A stretch of DNA of 64,000 nucleotides from positions 108,624,001-108,688,000 of the forward strand of contig OX597816.1 of the NCBI GenBank assembly GCA_951406725.2. The letters are read 5' to 3'. The notes beneath the pieces are model-generated. The model searched no databases. It was given only the letters and a program-made list of their open reading frames with translations, and was not told the DNA's origin. Made by a program: the position numbers and the translations under genes. Position 1 is the stretch's first letter, and each line of letters opens with the position of its first letter. This document shows positions 1-12,328 of the stretch, piece after piece. Origin of the DNA: Octopus vulgaris. Its lineage: Eukaryota.

Positions 1-196
1 GTATCTGGGCTCAGTCCCACTGCATGGCACCTTGAGAAAGTGTCTTCTACTATAGATAGCCTCATGCCAACCAAAGCCTTGTGAGTTGATTTGCTAGATG
101 GAAACTAAAAGAAACCCATCGTATATATATATGTACATACATTCATGTGTATGTGTGCATGGGTGGGGGGTAAAAGCACAGGAGTGGCTGTTTACA

Positions 197-358
197 GGTG
201 CAGGAGTGGCTATGTGGTTGGGAGGCTTGCTTTCTAACCACATGATTCTGGGTTCGGTCCTGCTGTATGGCACCTTGGGTAGGTATCTTCTACTGTAGTC
301 TCAGGCCAACCAAGGCCTTGTGAGTGAATTTAGTAGACGGAAACTGAAAGAAGCCTGC

Positions 359-390
<32 letters not shown>

Positions 391-616
391 GATATAGATA
401 GATAGATATGTATGTATTTGCGTGTCTGTGTTTGTCCCCCCCCCCATTGCTTGACAACCAATGTTGATGTGTTTATGTCCCCATAAACATAGCAGTTCAG
501 CAAAAGAGACTGATAGAGTAAGTACTAGGTTTACTAAGAATAAGTCCTGGGGTCGATTTGTTCAATTAAAGGCGTTGCTCCAGCATGGCCACAATCAAAT
601 GACTGAAACAAGTAAA
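197..616 (+). mobile_element. tRNA-derived SINE, family 1 (full-length copy; a partial copy at 1-135 and a 3' half at ~670-895 flank it)
   Basis: Head ggtgcaggagtggctatgtggttgg...gggttcggtcc has A/B-box-like motifs, followed by a central (TG)n(TA)n tract and tail ...cagcatggccacaatcaaatgactgaaacaagtaaa. The same sequence recurs about 20 times in the window on both strands. Confidence 0.85.
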
Positions 617-1162
617 CAAATATAAGTATAAAAGAATATATATATATACACATATGTATATATCTGTATGTCTTTGTGTCTGCGTGTCTCTCATCACATC
701 AAAACTTGACAACTAATGTTGGTGCATTTACGTCCCCGTAACTTAGTGGTTCAGCAAAAGTGCCCAATAGAATAAAGTATCAGGCTTAAAAAGTTTTTTA
801 AAAAGTCCTGGGATTGATTTGTTCAACTAAAACCTTTCAAGATGATGCTCCAGCATGGCCACAGTCAAATGACTGAAACAAGTAAAAGAATAAAAGAGCA
901 TCATTAAAATCTCAAAGCTACAAGATAATGCAAGATTAATTCAAACCAATGTGAATCAATAAGCATTGCATTTGATGAAGTAATCTGAATGCCTAACAGA
1001 TAAGATATCAGTTAGCATTGGTTGCCTGCACAATAACTGACAGCAACCCATCTCAAACTACCCCTGGTTCTGTGACACAAACTTCCTGTTTTCATTTAAT
1101 CCAAATTAAAATGTTCCATCAAAATTCCTGATAATATATGTTTCAAACTTCAGTTTAATAAT

Positions 1163-1590
1163 CCTTTCTACTATAGGCATAAGGCCTGAAATTTTAGGGG
1201 AGGGGACTAGTCGATTACACCAACCCCGGTATTTCACTGGTACTTAATTTATCAACCTTGAAAGGATGAAAGGCAAAAATCAACCTTGGCAGAACTTGAA
1301 CTCAGAACATAGCAACGAGCGAAATACTGCTAAGCATATTGCTGGGCATGCTAATAATTCTTATTTCTTTATTGCCCACAAGGGGCTAAACACAGAGGGG
1401 ACAAACAAGGACAAAGGGATCAAGTCGATTACATCGACCCCAGTGCGTAACTGGTACCTAATTTATGGACCCTGAAAGGATGAAAGGCAAAGTCAGCCTC
1501 GGCAGAATTTGAACTCAGAACATAACGGCAGACAAAATACCGCTAAGCATTTCTCCCGGCGTGCTAACGATTCTGCCAGCTCACCACCTT
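1163..1590 (-). mobile_element. Two adjacent SINE family 2 copies (Deu/Nin-type core domain)
   Basis: Minus strand reads ggtggtgagctggcagaatcgttagcac...gttctgagttcaaattctgccgaggctgactttgcctttcatcctttcagg...taggtaccag. The gcctttcatcc...gataaa..agtacca core resembles the Deu/Nin SINE domain. Confidence 0.75.
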
Positions 1591-2004
1591 ACTTCAGCTT
1601 AATAATGATAGATGTTATATTCATTACTTGTGATCAACTTCTTGTTTTCTAATGACAAAAAATTTTACAAAATTCTTCATCATTTTCAAAATTAATTGAA
1701 ACAAAAGCAAAGCATTTTAATAGAAGCATAGTAATGAAAAAGTTATCATGGGACTAACATATGTACACCAGTATCACATGCAGACTGTCATAAAAAGCAC
1801 AAATCCACTTTTACATCTGAGACTGAAACAATTAAGAAACTATGGTATGCTATGGTAAGTACTGGGAATGTTTTTCGTTACCTTATCCCAATGTAAGTTC
1901 AAATGGTAGACTGTGAGATGAGGGAGATTTGGCTGTTATTCTTAGCAGATCAAGTAATCTCTTAGATGGTCTCTAAAAGGGTAAAAACACCCTTTGGTCA
2001 TTAA

Positions 2005-2306
2005 TGACTATAGGATTGCACCTAGAAAGATCCCCACCAAGGCAAAGTCCAGGCAAGGTTGTTTATGCAGTCGCCCATGCATACCACCTCCCCCTTTCCA
2101 TGCCACTGATGTTATATGAGGGAAAGGCAAAGGCTGATACAACTTGGCACCAGTGACATCGCAACTCATTTCTACAGGCATGTGAACTGGAGTAATATGA
2201 AATAAAGTGTCTTGCTCAAGAACACAACACACAGCCCAGTCTGGAAATCGAACTCACTACCATATGATTGTGAGCCTGACACTCTAACCACTGAGCTATG
2301 TGCCAT
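2005..2306 (-). mobile_element. tRNA-derived SINE, family 4 (CORE/V-like central domain)
   Basis: Minus-strand head ggcacatagctcagtggttagagtgtcaggctcacaatc...gagttcgatttcc, then gtgttgtgttcttgagcaagacacttta. A homologous copy lies at 29765-30070. Confidence 0.75.
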
Positions 2307-3039
2307 CACATGGGTTCTCTAGATGTTCTCTATTCGTCTAATTATTGATTTCTCACATAGGCACAAGGCCTCAGATGGTGAGTGAGTATAGACAATTCTA
2401 TTGAGTTCAAATTCTGCCAAGGACAACTTAGCCCTTCATTCTTTTGGGGTCGATAAAATAAGTACCAGGGGAACATGGGGATCAATGTAATTGACTTGAC
2501 TATTCTTGGGTAAGAGTATGAGAACTGCACCCCCTCTGCTAAGCCATGTTGAGCCAGAGTCACAGAGTAGGCTCATCAAACCAGTATGGCCTTAAGCTCA
2601 AATTCATGGCCTGCATATCAGACCATGGTTGGTGGAGAAAACATGCTGAAGCCTTTGTCCCGCAATGGAATCAACATAGGCAATCCAATACAAATTGAAT
2701 GATATAAACAAGAAATGACAGGATGGTCACAGCAGGAACACTTCTAATCATAGCTCTCACAGAGAATGGAACTGAGGCCGAAACAACAACAGAACAAAAA
2801 CTCTAAGAAAGCAAACTGAGTCAATGAGACAAGCACCATAACAGTCAAACAATTGAACAAATCAAATAAAATTTCATCAGACATAACTGTTCACATGCAT
2901 TTATTGGTTTGCATATACACACACAACAGCTCAACCCTCTAGAAATAGCAACCAATCTCCCTTAAGTTATAGTCTAATACATTAAATTAGCAGGGCCACA
3001 ATGGACAATTTAGGCCATGATATCCAAAAAGATGAAATT

Positions 3040-3425
3040 GCAATGTTATCAGTCTGAATGTGCTTGATATTTGAACTGAGGAACAAGCTAATCACTGTTT
3101 TGTCACAGAAAATATATCACCTAGATCAGCTCACAGCACCATCTACCTAGACTGTCAGATGCTAGCGTTTTGGAGTAGCTATCTCCTCATTGGTCACATA
3201 CACTAGGCAGACAATGCTACAAGCTAAATTAAGAGATTACCTCTCTTATGTTCATAGTCTAGGTAGATGGCATTGCGAGCTGATCTAGGTGTATATAAAC
3301 ACCATCTGTCAACAAGCAAGATATAGTCTCCATGACAAAACGCAGTTAGTAGCTTGTTCCCCAGCTTGAACATACATCAAGCAAGTTTGAACTGATAATA
3401 AGATTGCAAATTTACATAACATTGC
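3040..3425. mobile_element. Foldback / MITE-like element with >100-bp inverted arms
   Basis: Left arm tatcag...gaggaacaagcta...gttttgtca...cacctagatcagctc...ccatctacctagact is the reverse complement of right arm agtctaggtagatgg...gagctgatctaggtg...tgacaaaac...tagcttgttcc...ctgata. Superfamily not assignable. Confidence 0.7.
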
Positions 3426-3891
3426 TTAGCGTTCCCCCTCCATAAAAAGATGAAATGGTTACAACTAGAAAGTCAATGATCATACATCTACTGGACCAGA
3501 ACTGACACACAAAATTTAAACTGCAAGGTTTAGAAAATTAGGATCCTAAGAACCTTTCCTTTCATCTTTTCTTAAATTTCTTTATCTGTCCAATCTGTTT
3601 GCACCACATTTACTGCCTGCCCTTGAAAATCAAATGCTATAGACCCTCATACAGCTAAGTATATCTCTCCCTTTTCCCATTATGAGTTCCCACACTTGTT
3701 CTCACAATATGCTTAGTCTTCACTCAATCTTGCACAACTGGTTCACATTATGGGATGTTTTCACTGAGGCAAATTATTCTTTCTACTCTTTTGCTCACCT
3801 ATGCCTCCCTTTCTACCTACTTTCCACAGTTGTCTCCTCTTCTTACTCTTTCATACTACACATACATATGTACATGTTCATATTGGTATAG

Positions 3892-4185
3892 GTTCAACTA
3901 TTTCTCTCTCTCTCTCTCTGCGTGTGCTTCACTAGCTTTAATCATTGTAATAAGGCCATGCTGGAGTAATACCTCCAAGTGTTTTAAGCAGTTAGATCAA
4001 TCCCACTATTTTTATTTCAGTTTGGCGCTAATTTCATGTTCAACAATATCTATCTATCTCTCTCTCTCTCTCTCTCTCTGCATGTTCTTTACTAGTTTTA
4101 ATCATTGTAATAAGGCCATGCTGGAGTAATGCCTTCAAGTTAGATCAATCCCAGTATTTTTATTTCAGTTTGGCGCTAATTTCAT
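3892..4185. repeat. Tandem duplication, ~147-bp unit x2
   Basis: gttcaac..(CT)n..ttaatcattgtaataaggccatgctggagtaat...tatttttatttcagtttggcgctaatttcat occurs at 3892-4037 and 4038-4185. Confidence 0.85.
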
Positions 4186-4419
4186 CAAATAACTAAATTA
4201 TGCTTTGCAGGGTTTGATACTCACCACCAGTATTTCACTGGTAAATATAAACATACACACAGCACTATACATGACATAGTTTCTATCTACTGTGTTCCAC
4301 TCACAGGGTATTGGTCACTTCAAAACTATAATAAAAGTGGTGCACTGTGGGACTAATATATATAAAGTGTGTGTGTGTGTGACCTGTGCATACATAAACG
4401 TGACATATAAAAAGCCCCA

Positions 4420-4861
4420 ATGCCAGTACCCCCTTCTCCGGCACATAAAAAAATTTCAAGTACGGAAGACAGAGGGCGGAGAAAGGAGAAACACTGGCAC
4501 CCCAGGCTAACACTGGTGTTGTTATCTGTTTGGTGGGATATGAAAGGTTTAGTCCACTTTGAAGTTTTAAACCCAAACCAAGCGATAACAAAGGGGATCT
4601 ACTGCAAGCAGCTTAAGTCAATACTAGAAGAAAAATCATTTGGACGGAAAAAATACGAATTCTGTAGATGAGGTCAGAACAGTAAAGGAGGAGTATTTTT
4701 CATCACGGATAAGTGAATTTTGGAGGAGGGGCTTTGCAAGTCAATCAGATATATGGAAGAATATTGTAGAAAATGAAAGAGAGAATATTTTAGAATGTTG
4801 TTTATCTTAATTTTCAAAAATAAAAGTTTTAAAAAATTCCATTATTTATGGGATGACCCAA
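4420..4861 (+). mobile_element. Mariner transposon remnant (internally deleted transposase pseudogene plus right TIR)
   Basis: Peptide LLSVWWDMKGLVHFEVLNPNQAITKGIYCKQL matches the mariner WWD..G....E.L....TI....YC.QL block. It is joined to a C-terminal-like segment (EEYFSSRISEFWRRG...WKNIVEN) and ends in TIR-like cattatttatgggatgacccaa followed by TA. Confidence 0.8.
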
Positions 4862-5857
4862 TATATCTATGTTTATGTCTTAGTGTCTATGTTTGTCCCC
4901 CCACCACCATCGCTTGACAACCGATGTTGGTGTGTTTATGCCCCCGTCACTAAGTGGTTCAGCAAATGAGACTAATAGAATAAGTACTGGGCTTTCAATA
5001 AGTCCTGGGGTTGATTTCTTTGACTAAGACCCTTTAAGGCAGTGCTCCAGCATGGCCATAACCAAATAACTGAACCATGTAAAAGAATAAAAGAACAAAA
5101 AAAGAGAGCAATGGTGAAACAACAACTATAAAAGAAAACACACTGCAAAACAACTATGATTTTAATCTATCTAATATGTAATGATATGTAATAATACAAT
5201 AAAAGAGATCAATGAACTGTAAACTTTGCAGGCCTGTTCAGCTTCTCTCCTCTCTCTATTGGTAAGCAATTCCTCTGCTGAGTTTCCATAGAAACTTAAT
5301 TCACTTACAGCCAGGAATATATTCAAAAGATTGCATAGTAGGAATGAAAATAATATTGTGTGTTTAACCCTTTTGATATTATATCCTGCCTGACACCACC
5401 TCAGTTTCTAGGATACAAAATAGCTGAATTGACAAGTTTTCATGTATCTGAATTCTAAAACATTGCATCATAATTGTAAGTAAGAAGCGTTGTTGTTGTT
5501 GTTCCAAACAACAGCTTAAATTATCATCTATCTTTTCACTTGTTTCAGTTACCAGACTATGGCGATGCTGGGGTACTTCCTTGAAGGGTTTTAGTTCAAC
5601 TATTCAACCCCAATACCTAATTTTTGTTAAGCTTAGTACTTATTCTACTGGTCTCTTTTGGTGCACCACTAAGTTACAGGGACATAAGCAAACCCCCGCA
5701 ACAGTTCTCAAATGATGGTGGTGAGAAAAACAACACGCACACAGATAATCCACATTACTCTGTAAGGAGTATAGGGCTGGGTTTCCTAGTTTATCTGGCG
5801 TATATATTTCTCTCTGGATGGGACACTAATATATATATATATATATATACATACATA

Positions 5858-6115
5858 CACAGTAAAATCAATAAAAGAAATACAGTGAACTGGAATAAGG
5901 AATGGAAAATTGAACATTTTGGATGTTATGGACAGTCCTTCATCAGGGAAAAAGTTGAAAGAGAAATTAATGAGTGAGCAGAGTTTTACACTATACTGTC
6001 TTTCATTAATTTCTCTCCTTTTATCTTTTCCCTTGAAGAAAGACTGTATCCAAAACATTGGATTTTCTGTTCCTCATGGCAAGGTCACTGTACTCTTTCA
6101 TTGATTTTGCTACAT
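5858..6115. mobile_element. Degenerate palindromic element with a decayed hammerhead-like core in each arm (Penelope-LTR-like)
   Basis: Arms ~5858-5975 and ~6000-6115 are inverted. The minus strand has CTGATGA-A-GGA..TCC-AAAATGTT (CTGATGA at 5946-5940); the plus strand has TTGAAGA-A-AGA..TCC-AAAACATT (from 6033). Confidence 0.6.
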
Positions 6116-6356
6116 ATTATATAATTCTTGCCAACACAAAACAAAGTAGTTTCATAGGAATCTGTTTGGCCATACATATGTATATACATGTATAAATGTA
6201 CATAGTTATCTATAACTTAATACATTAAAGTGTTCCCTAATAAGCTATTGTGGGTGAGCATTTGGAACACCTATTCTAGGGTTCCAAACAACCATAATGG
6301 TGAAATGTGCTTAAGAACTATTTCTCATATATATCACTTAAGCATAGAGGGGACTA

Positions 6357-7657
6357 CCATAAAAACCCATGTAATTTGCGCACCTGTGTAATTTACACAG
6401 GTGATTTTCAGGATAAAAATTATTTTAAAAAAACTTCTACTCATATAAAATTTGCACCCAAAAGTTTTCAGAATTGCCGATATGGCCAGGGAGGAAAAAG
6501 GTTTTCAATTTAGTTGTATTTAGCATAATTTCACTTACTTATGATTAGATTTTATTAAATTTTCATTAAATAAAAATAATTTGTGTTTAACAGGTATCAC
6601 ATTGAAAGCTGTTAAATTACAAAATGTTTGTGTTGTTTATAATAAACTTTATTTTACATTTCTTGCCCACAAGAGATTATATCCGATTCTTAGCATACAT
6701 CTGTATGTCTTCTCAAATCACTATCACAGGAAAAGTTGTTGATAAGTCTTATCAACAAAATCAAAGCTCATAAATACGCACAAGTGTTGCAAAATAAGTT
6801 TAATTACCAATAAATATCAGTTTGGATGACACTACTCAACCGACAAAAGAAGGTGACCAATCAAACTGATTATGTAAACAGAATTCTGATTGGTCGAAAG
6901 TGTCTTCTTGTCTCCAGCTCTGACTTTCTGCCTATTCAAAATTTTGATCCCTTTCACACTTATAAAATGTCAAGCAAACTTTGTCATTAGTATTTTAGCT
7001 GGGAGACTAAACCGATAGTTTGGTAACCCACTAAAATAAACATTAAAAATTGAAAGGAGAAAATAAACAGCTTTTGCAACTTTAACTCAGTGTTTATTGA
7101 ACAAGATAGGTCCAAAATTTAAGAAGCAAGTTGTTAGAATATACATGTCTGTGAACAGACGTAAACAAGAATAGCAAAAATCTACTATACCAAAAGAACT
7201 GGTAATACATACAAGTGTCCTATGAAGAGGACATAAGATTGTTGCCTAATTCAACATGAATGTGAAACAACTTTAAACATCATATAAGGTAAATGAAGGT
7301 TTCTGTAGGAACATTAAGTCATATTCACTTACTGAGTTTACATGAACAAGGATGAATTATGATGATGTTGGCAGCATTAGATGCAGTAAAATATAGCCTG
7401 GACCATGGATATCAGTATGAATGTCAAACTTTGAAAAGTAGTTAACCATTTAATGGTTTTCGTAAATTTATACAGAAAAGTAAGCATTATACTGTCCAGC
7501 ATAAATAAAAGTCAACTTCCATTACGAATGCTTACATTTGTACGTCATTTTTCAACAAAAACATTTCTGGAAACAATCTACTCATGTAACTTATGCACCC
7601 ACTAAAGTTTATATTTGTCTTTGCGAAAAAGTGTGTAAATTACATGGGTTTTTACAG
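6357..7657. mobile_element. Non-autonomous Tc1/mariner-superfamily (pogo/Tigger-like) element, ~1.3 kb
   Basis: 27-bp TIRs ccataaaaacccatgtaatttgcgcac / gtgtgtaaattacatgggtttttacag (23/27 match). TA on both sides (6355-6356, 7658-7659). Subterminal re-iterations of the atgtaattt..gcacc motif. No transposase ORF. Confidence 0.8.
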
Positions 7658-8924
7658 TAACAACTTGATGTACAACCCAGTTTACATATGCTTCAGAAAG
7701 GAAGCATCAGTTGAGTACAGAGCAGTGATGCTTTTTCATTCATATATATATATATATATGCATTCTTTATACTGATCTAATTCCGAAACGCATACATGGG
7801 TAATCAAATACCGATTGATTTTCGTTGTTTTCCCTCTCTGCCTGCATGGATTGTTTTCAAGTACTTTGTTTTTTCCAGGAGTCCCTTTTTAAAGCAGAGG
7901 AAATAGCTAAGGTTTTGGGGCTGCTATTTCTAAACTTCGGTATGTGGTAAAGCAAATCTTTGCTGAACCCTAATTATAAAGTGTATATATATATATATGC
8001 ATGATTGTAATTCTTTTCCCTAGTGAACTGCACTTCAGATTCAAGGTTTTGATGAAGATATAAGGTGTTATTCAAGCACTCAACTATGAGTCCACTGCAT
8101 CTTCTAGCAAAAACAGCCGTAAGCTAATGATGTTCATAAGATAATAATTTATCCTTTTGTCATCTTTTCTTCTTATACATACTACATACATACACACACG
8201 CATATGTATGTATGTGTCTATATATATATATTCAACAGGCTTCCATCACCAAAAAAAGAAAGTCAATCACAAGGTTTTGTCCAGCCTGGGGCTATAGTAG
8301 CAGACAGTTGCCGAAGGTGCCACACAGTGGGACTGAACCCAAGACCACATGGTTGGGAAACAAGCATCTTACTACACAGCCATGCCTGATTATTTGAAAC
8401 GAAAAATTGTTTGAAACAAATGGACAATTTTGGGAGATTTTAGGCGTTTCCATATTTTATCAGAAACAGTGTCACAAACAGGCCAAACTCAGTAAAATGT
8501 GTCAAGTGATAATTCTCATTGCTAATGTTGTTGAACAAGTTTCCTATTACACAAATTCTTTAGAAGAATAGGACAAGGGCACACGGCCTTGACTGTTCCA
8601 GAAGACATTTGTGAGTATTGCAGATCACAGAGAATGATAATTTTGATTAATTTACAAAGCATTACTTAGAAAAAAAATCACATTTTTTTTTTCTTTTCAG
8701 AATTAGAGAAATGTATTTCATTGTAAGTGAATAATGTTGTTTGTATGTATATAAACAAATACAAAAACATTTCACTAAACCCTGGAATTTCTACCTTTAC
8801 AAGTAGGCCGTAACATCCTTAGTACTTATGTGAATTTTTTGCTACCCTAGTAACTATTTATTTATTTTTTCCGTGTTATTTGCACACATTGAAAAAATAC
8901 ACATACATTTATATATATATATGT

Positions 8925-9100
8925 AATGTAAAAAGCACCCACAACACTCATGGAGTGGTTGGCATTAGGAAAGGCATCCAGCTGTAGAAACACTGCCAGA
9001 TCAGACTGGAGCCTGGTGCAGCCTCCTGGCTTCCCAGACCCTGGTCGAACTGTCCAACCCATGCTAGCATGGAAAATGGATGTTAAACGATGATGATGAT
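8925..9100 (+). mobile_element. SINE family 3 (RTE-related, (GAT)n tail)
   Basis: gtggttggcattaggaaaggcatccagctgtagaaac...gtccaacccatgctagcatggaaaatggatgttaaacgatgatgatg. About ten more copies, e.g. 11711-11819, 25435-25720, 25845-26120, 35580-35775, 41915-42150, 45100-45310. Confidence 0.8.
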
Positions 9101-9107
9101 ATGCATA

Positions 9108-9144
<37 letters not shown>

Positions 9145-9240
9145 GTTTAGGACAATCAATAAGTTGCATTATAGTTTCAAAATGTTTGTTTAATTTGTTT
9201 AGTGTTTATGTATGTGCCTGAACATGTCTGTGTTACACAT

Positions 9241-9269
9241 GGACGGACGGACGGACGGACGGACGGACG

Positions 9270-9327
<58 letters not shown>
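9241..9327. repeat. Compound tetranucleotide microsatellite (GGAC)n(AGAC)n
   Basis: Directly visible. Confidence 0.95.
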
Positions 9328-9678
9328 TGCATGTGTATGTATACACACACGTGTGCATGAGTCTGGTTCCACATGTTATCACATTTACACTGCTTGGCTA
9401 GCAGAGGTGTTTGTTTCTGTCCTACCCAGCAGCTCAGCAGTTCCATCGCCAGACACCACTGGAATGAAGTACCTTACTTGAAATTAAGTCATAACTGACA
9501 TCAAGAAAGGCAACTGACCAGAGACTAGTGTTCCCAAGAAGTTTCACTGAACCCACACCAACATGGAAAAAGTAAATGTAAAAGTAATAATGATGTGAAT
9601 AAGAAGAGGTGGGAATTTGCAATATACCAATCAATTACATGTATATTAATTTATTACTCCCCTTCGTAAATATATAAG

Positions 9679-9823
9679 GACACAGTAAGTGTGTCGAAGC
9701 CAACAGGAAGCCTCGATGCTTCCTAGGGCTAAACAGCGGTGGTGTAACCCCCTACTGTCACGTTAAGTTGACAGTATACAACCATTATATCGCCCTACCA
9801 CCGTACATATCTCTATGAGATAT
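9679..9823. ncRNA. Candidate structured RNA / multi-hairpin element of unknown class
   Basis: Perfect stems GACACA/TGTGTC, AGGAAGC/GCTTCCT, TACTGTCA/TGACAGTA, CGGTGGT/ACCACCG and ATATCTC/GAGATAT, plus a crossing TAGGGC/GCCCTA pairing. CpG-rich in a CpG-poor window. No second copy seen. Confidence 0.3.
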
Positions 9824-11957
9824 TTAGAAATTTAATGTTTCTGAATTAATTACACGCTAAAGTTTTACTGTTGCTACACTAAATTTCATGACACTTGGTG
9901 TTCTATTTCCTCTTCTCTCCCTCTCTTTCTCGTGTGTGTGTGTGTGTGCGAGAGATCTGGGTTGGGGCATACCTATATTGTTAAAATAGTTAGAACATCA
10001 TCTAGAAGTACTATTTACATAAGATGAATAGATTAATATAAATTTTACTTTACATAAATTATATATACAACTGATATTTCAGTGTACTAAATAAATAAAT
10101 ATAAATGTTTCAATGTCAATTTACAAAACTTCAAATATTCTTCTGATTTCATTTATGTCACTTAAGATTGTTGATATACCATCTTAGCCATCTTTAACAC
10201 ACTTTTGTAAGAATAAAAAAACCTATAAACAGGCTTTGCTTGCATATATAATGTTGATAGTACACATCGAGTGTATATGAGAGGGGGGAGGACTCATTGA
10301 AATCACCATCCAAATGTCAAGATGTAGAATAAATGACAATGATAATTTTTTTTTCCATTTTTTTCCCCTTCCAATTAGTTTTCATGTTCCCCACCACCAC
10401 CACCACTCTACCTGGTTAAATAGATGTTTGTGTGCAATTAAAATAGAGAACAGTCTAGAAGTACTTCATTTTTTTTTTTATTATAAAGTCAATGAATTAA
10501 CAAAGCCTTATAGTATGGTTTTGTCAAACAATTTAAGTGGAGTGGGAGCCCTAAGCAGTGACGTGTATGTTTGAACTGGCATATTTGATGTGTATATTTG
10601 AACACTGAATTTAAGAAGCCTGCTATATTAAAGGGAGAGCATGAAAAACCTCATGGTCAACGTAACTCACAAAATTTGATTCCGTAAAAGCCACAAAAAT
10701 ACAATTAACACTTTAACAAGTAGTAATAAAGGGTTAAATGACATAATAACAATAATTGTACAAAATTTAATGATGATAATTCAATAACATCCTATTTTCA
10801 CAAGCAACTTTTTATAGTGTACACTAATCATGCTGTTAATGTGATATAGCAATATGGTGCTATTGATTGAGCCATAAACTCAACATTTATGCCATACAGC
10901 CACTGAGCTGTGCTCCTGATTACGACTCAGTCCTTTGATATATCAACATACATGACTTCTTCCTTAATGCTTTAGCATTTAAACAGACCAGATCCAGCCT
11001 CTCATGCCTATCCTACAATGTCATTCTAAAATAAAACAATTAAATTATCAAAATATTGACACTCCAAGATAAAGCATGATTAATTAAAAACAATATGGAT
11101 AAATAAGCATTACATTTGACAAATTAATCTAATCTGCATGCTAGCAGGTTAAGGGATTAACAATGGTATAGCAAGTCAAAACACATTTGCTTCAATATTA
11201 AAATAACTAAGATCCATGAATACCATTTGTTCATATTTATTACTTGCAAGGCCAGTAAAGTTATTGGAATGAAGAAATGGATGTAAGACAGTAAATACAT
11301 ATATTAAAATATAATGAAAACAAGTCTTTCTTTAATTAACTTACATAAAACCTTGGGAAATTAAAGAACAAAATCCTGTTTAAGTGCTAAACTTGGTGTC
11401 CAGTTATTATCTATTAGTATATGGGTTTCTCAATAACTAAAATACTGTGGGAGCCTGAATGAAAACCCTCCCATATATATTGTCATAAAAAACATAAGTA
11501 AAGCTCATTTATCCTAGCCTATTTACCAAACAAAAGAGCCACAAATACAATCATTCAAATACAATCATTCAAATACAAATACAAACATAATTCAAATCAG
11601 CCATTCCCAACCCTTTTTGCACCATGGACCACTTTCATGCAGCACAAATTTTTCATAGATATGAGCACAAGAAAAACACAAAGTGCATATATAATTTAAT
11701 TATTACAAATATCAGACTGGAGCCTGGAGCGGCCCCTGGCTTCCCAGACCCCGGTCAAACCGTCCAACCCGTGCTAGCGCGGAAAACGGACGTTAAACGA
11801 TGATGATGATGATGATGATAATGCAAATGCACTTATTACATTGTATATATGCACTTATTGCTACTATTATTACATTGTAAATATATATATATATATATAT
11901 ATAAAGTACCATATTCATCTGAATCTAAATTTTTGCTGAACTTATATAGATATATAA

Positions 11958-12328
11958 CTAGCAATATCGCCCGGCGTTGCTCGGGTTTGTAAAGGAAATA
12001 ACTATATAAGCATTTTTAGAGATGTAAAGTATAATAGCCATCTCAATATGGCTAACCACAAAGGGAGGGGGTGTTACTGTAGCTTTTTACGTTCTGAGAT
12101 TTAATAATAAATTTTTAGAGAATGGCAAAAATGCATTAAAAATGGGGGAAATTGATGGTAAATTTTTTTTTTAATTGTAGACGCGCGCTAATACCCAGAA
12201 GGGCTCGATATGAATCACGACTATAAGATACCCGGTTTTGGTTAAACTGCACCGCAAAATGTGGGAGTAGTTAGGAATCTAAATCGTAGGAGACAGACAG
12301 CACACAACCTTACTTTTATATATAAAGA
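11958..12328 (-). mobile_element. Non-autonomous Helitron, copy A (371 bp)
   Basis: Minus strand begins TC(tttatatataaaag) at 12328 and has the hairpin CCCG-AGCAACGC-CGGG (11970-11985) 8 nt before the terminal CTAG (11958-11961), followed by T. Confidence 0.85.

Noticed and set aside
9698-9810. H/ACA snoRNA interpretation of the structured segment (ACA plus 3 nt at 9805-9810)
   Set aside because: The hinge AAACAG is not ANANNA, and the upper stem is ~28 nt from ACA rather than 14-16.
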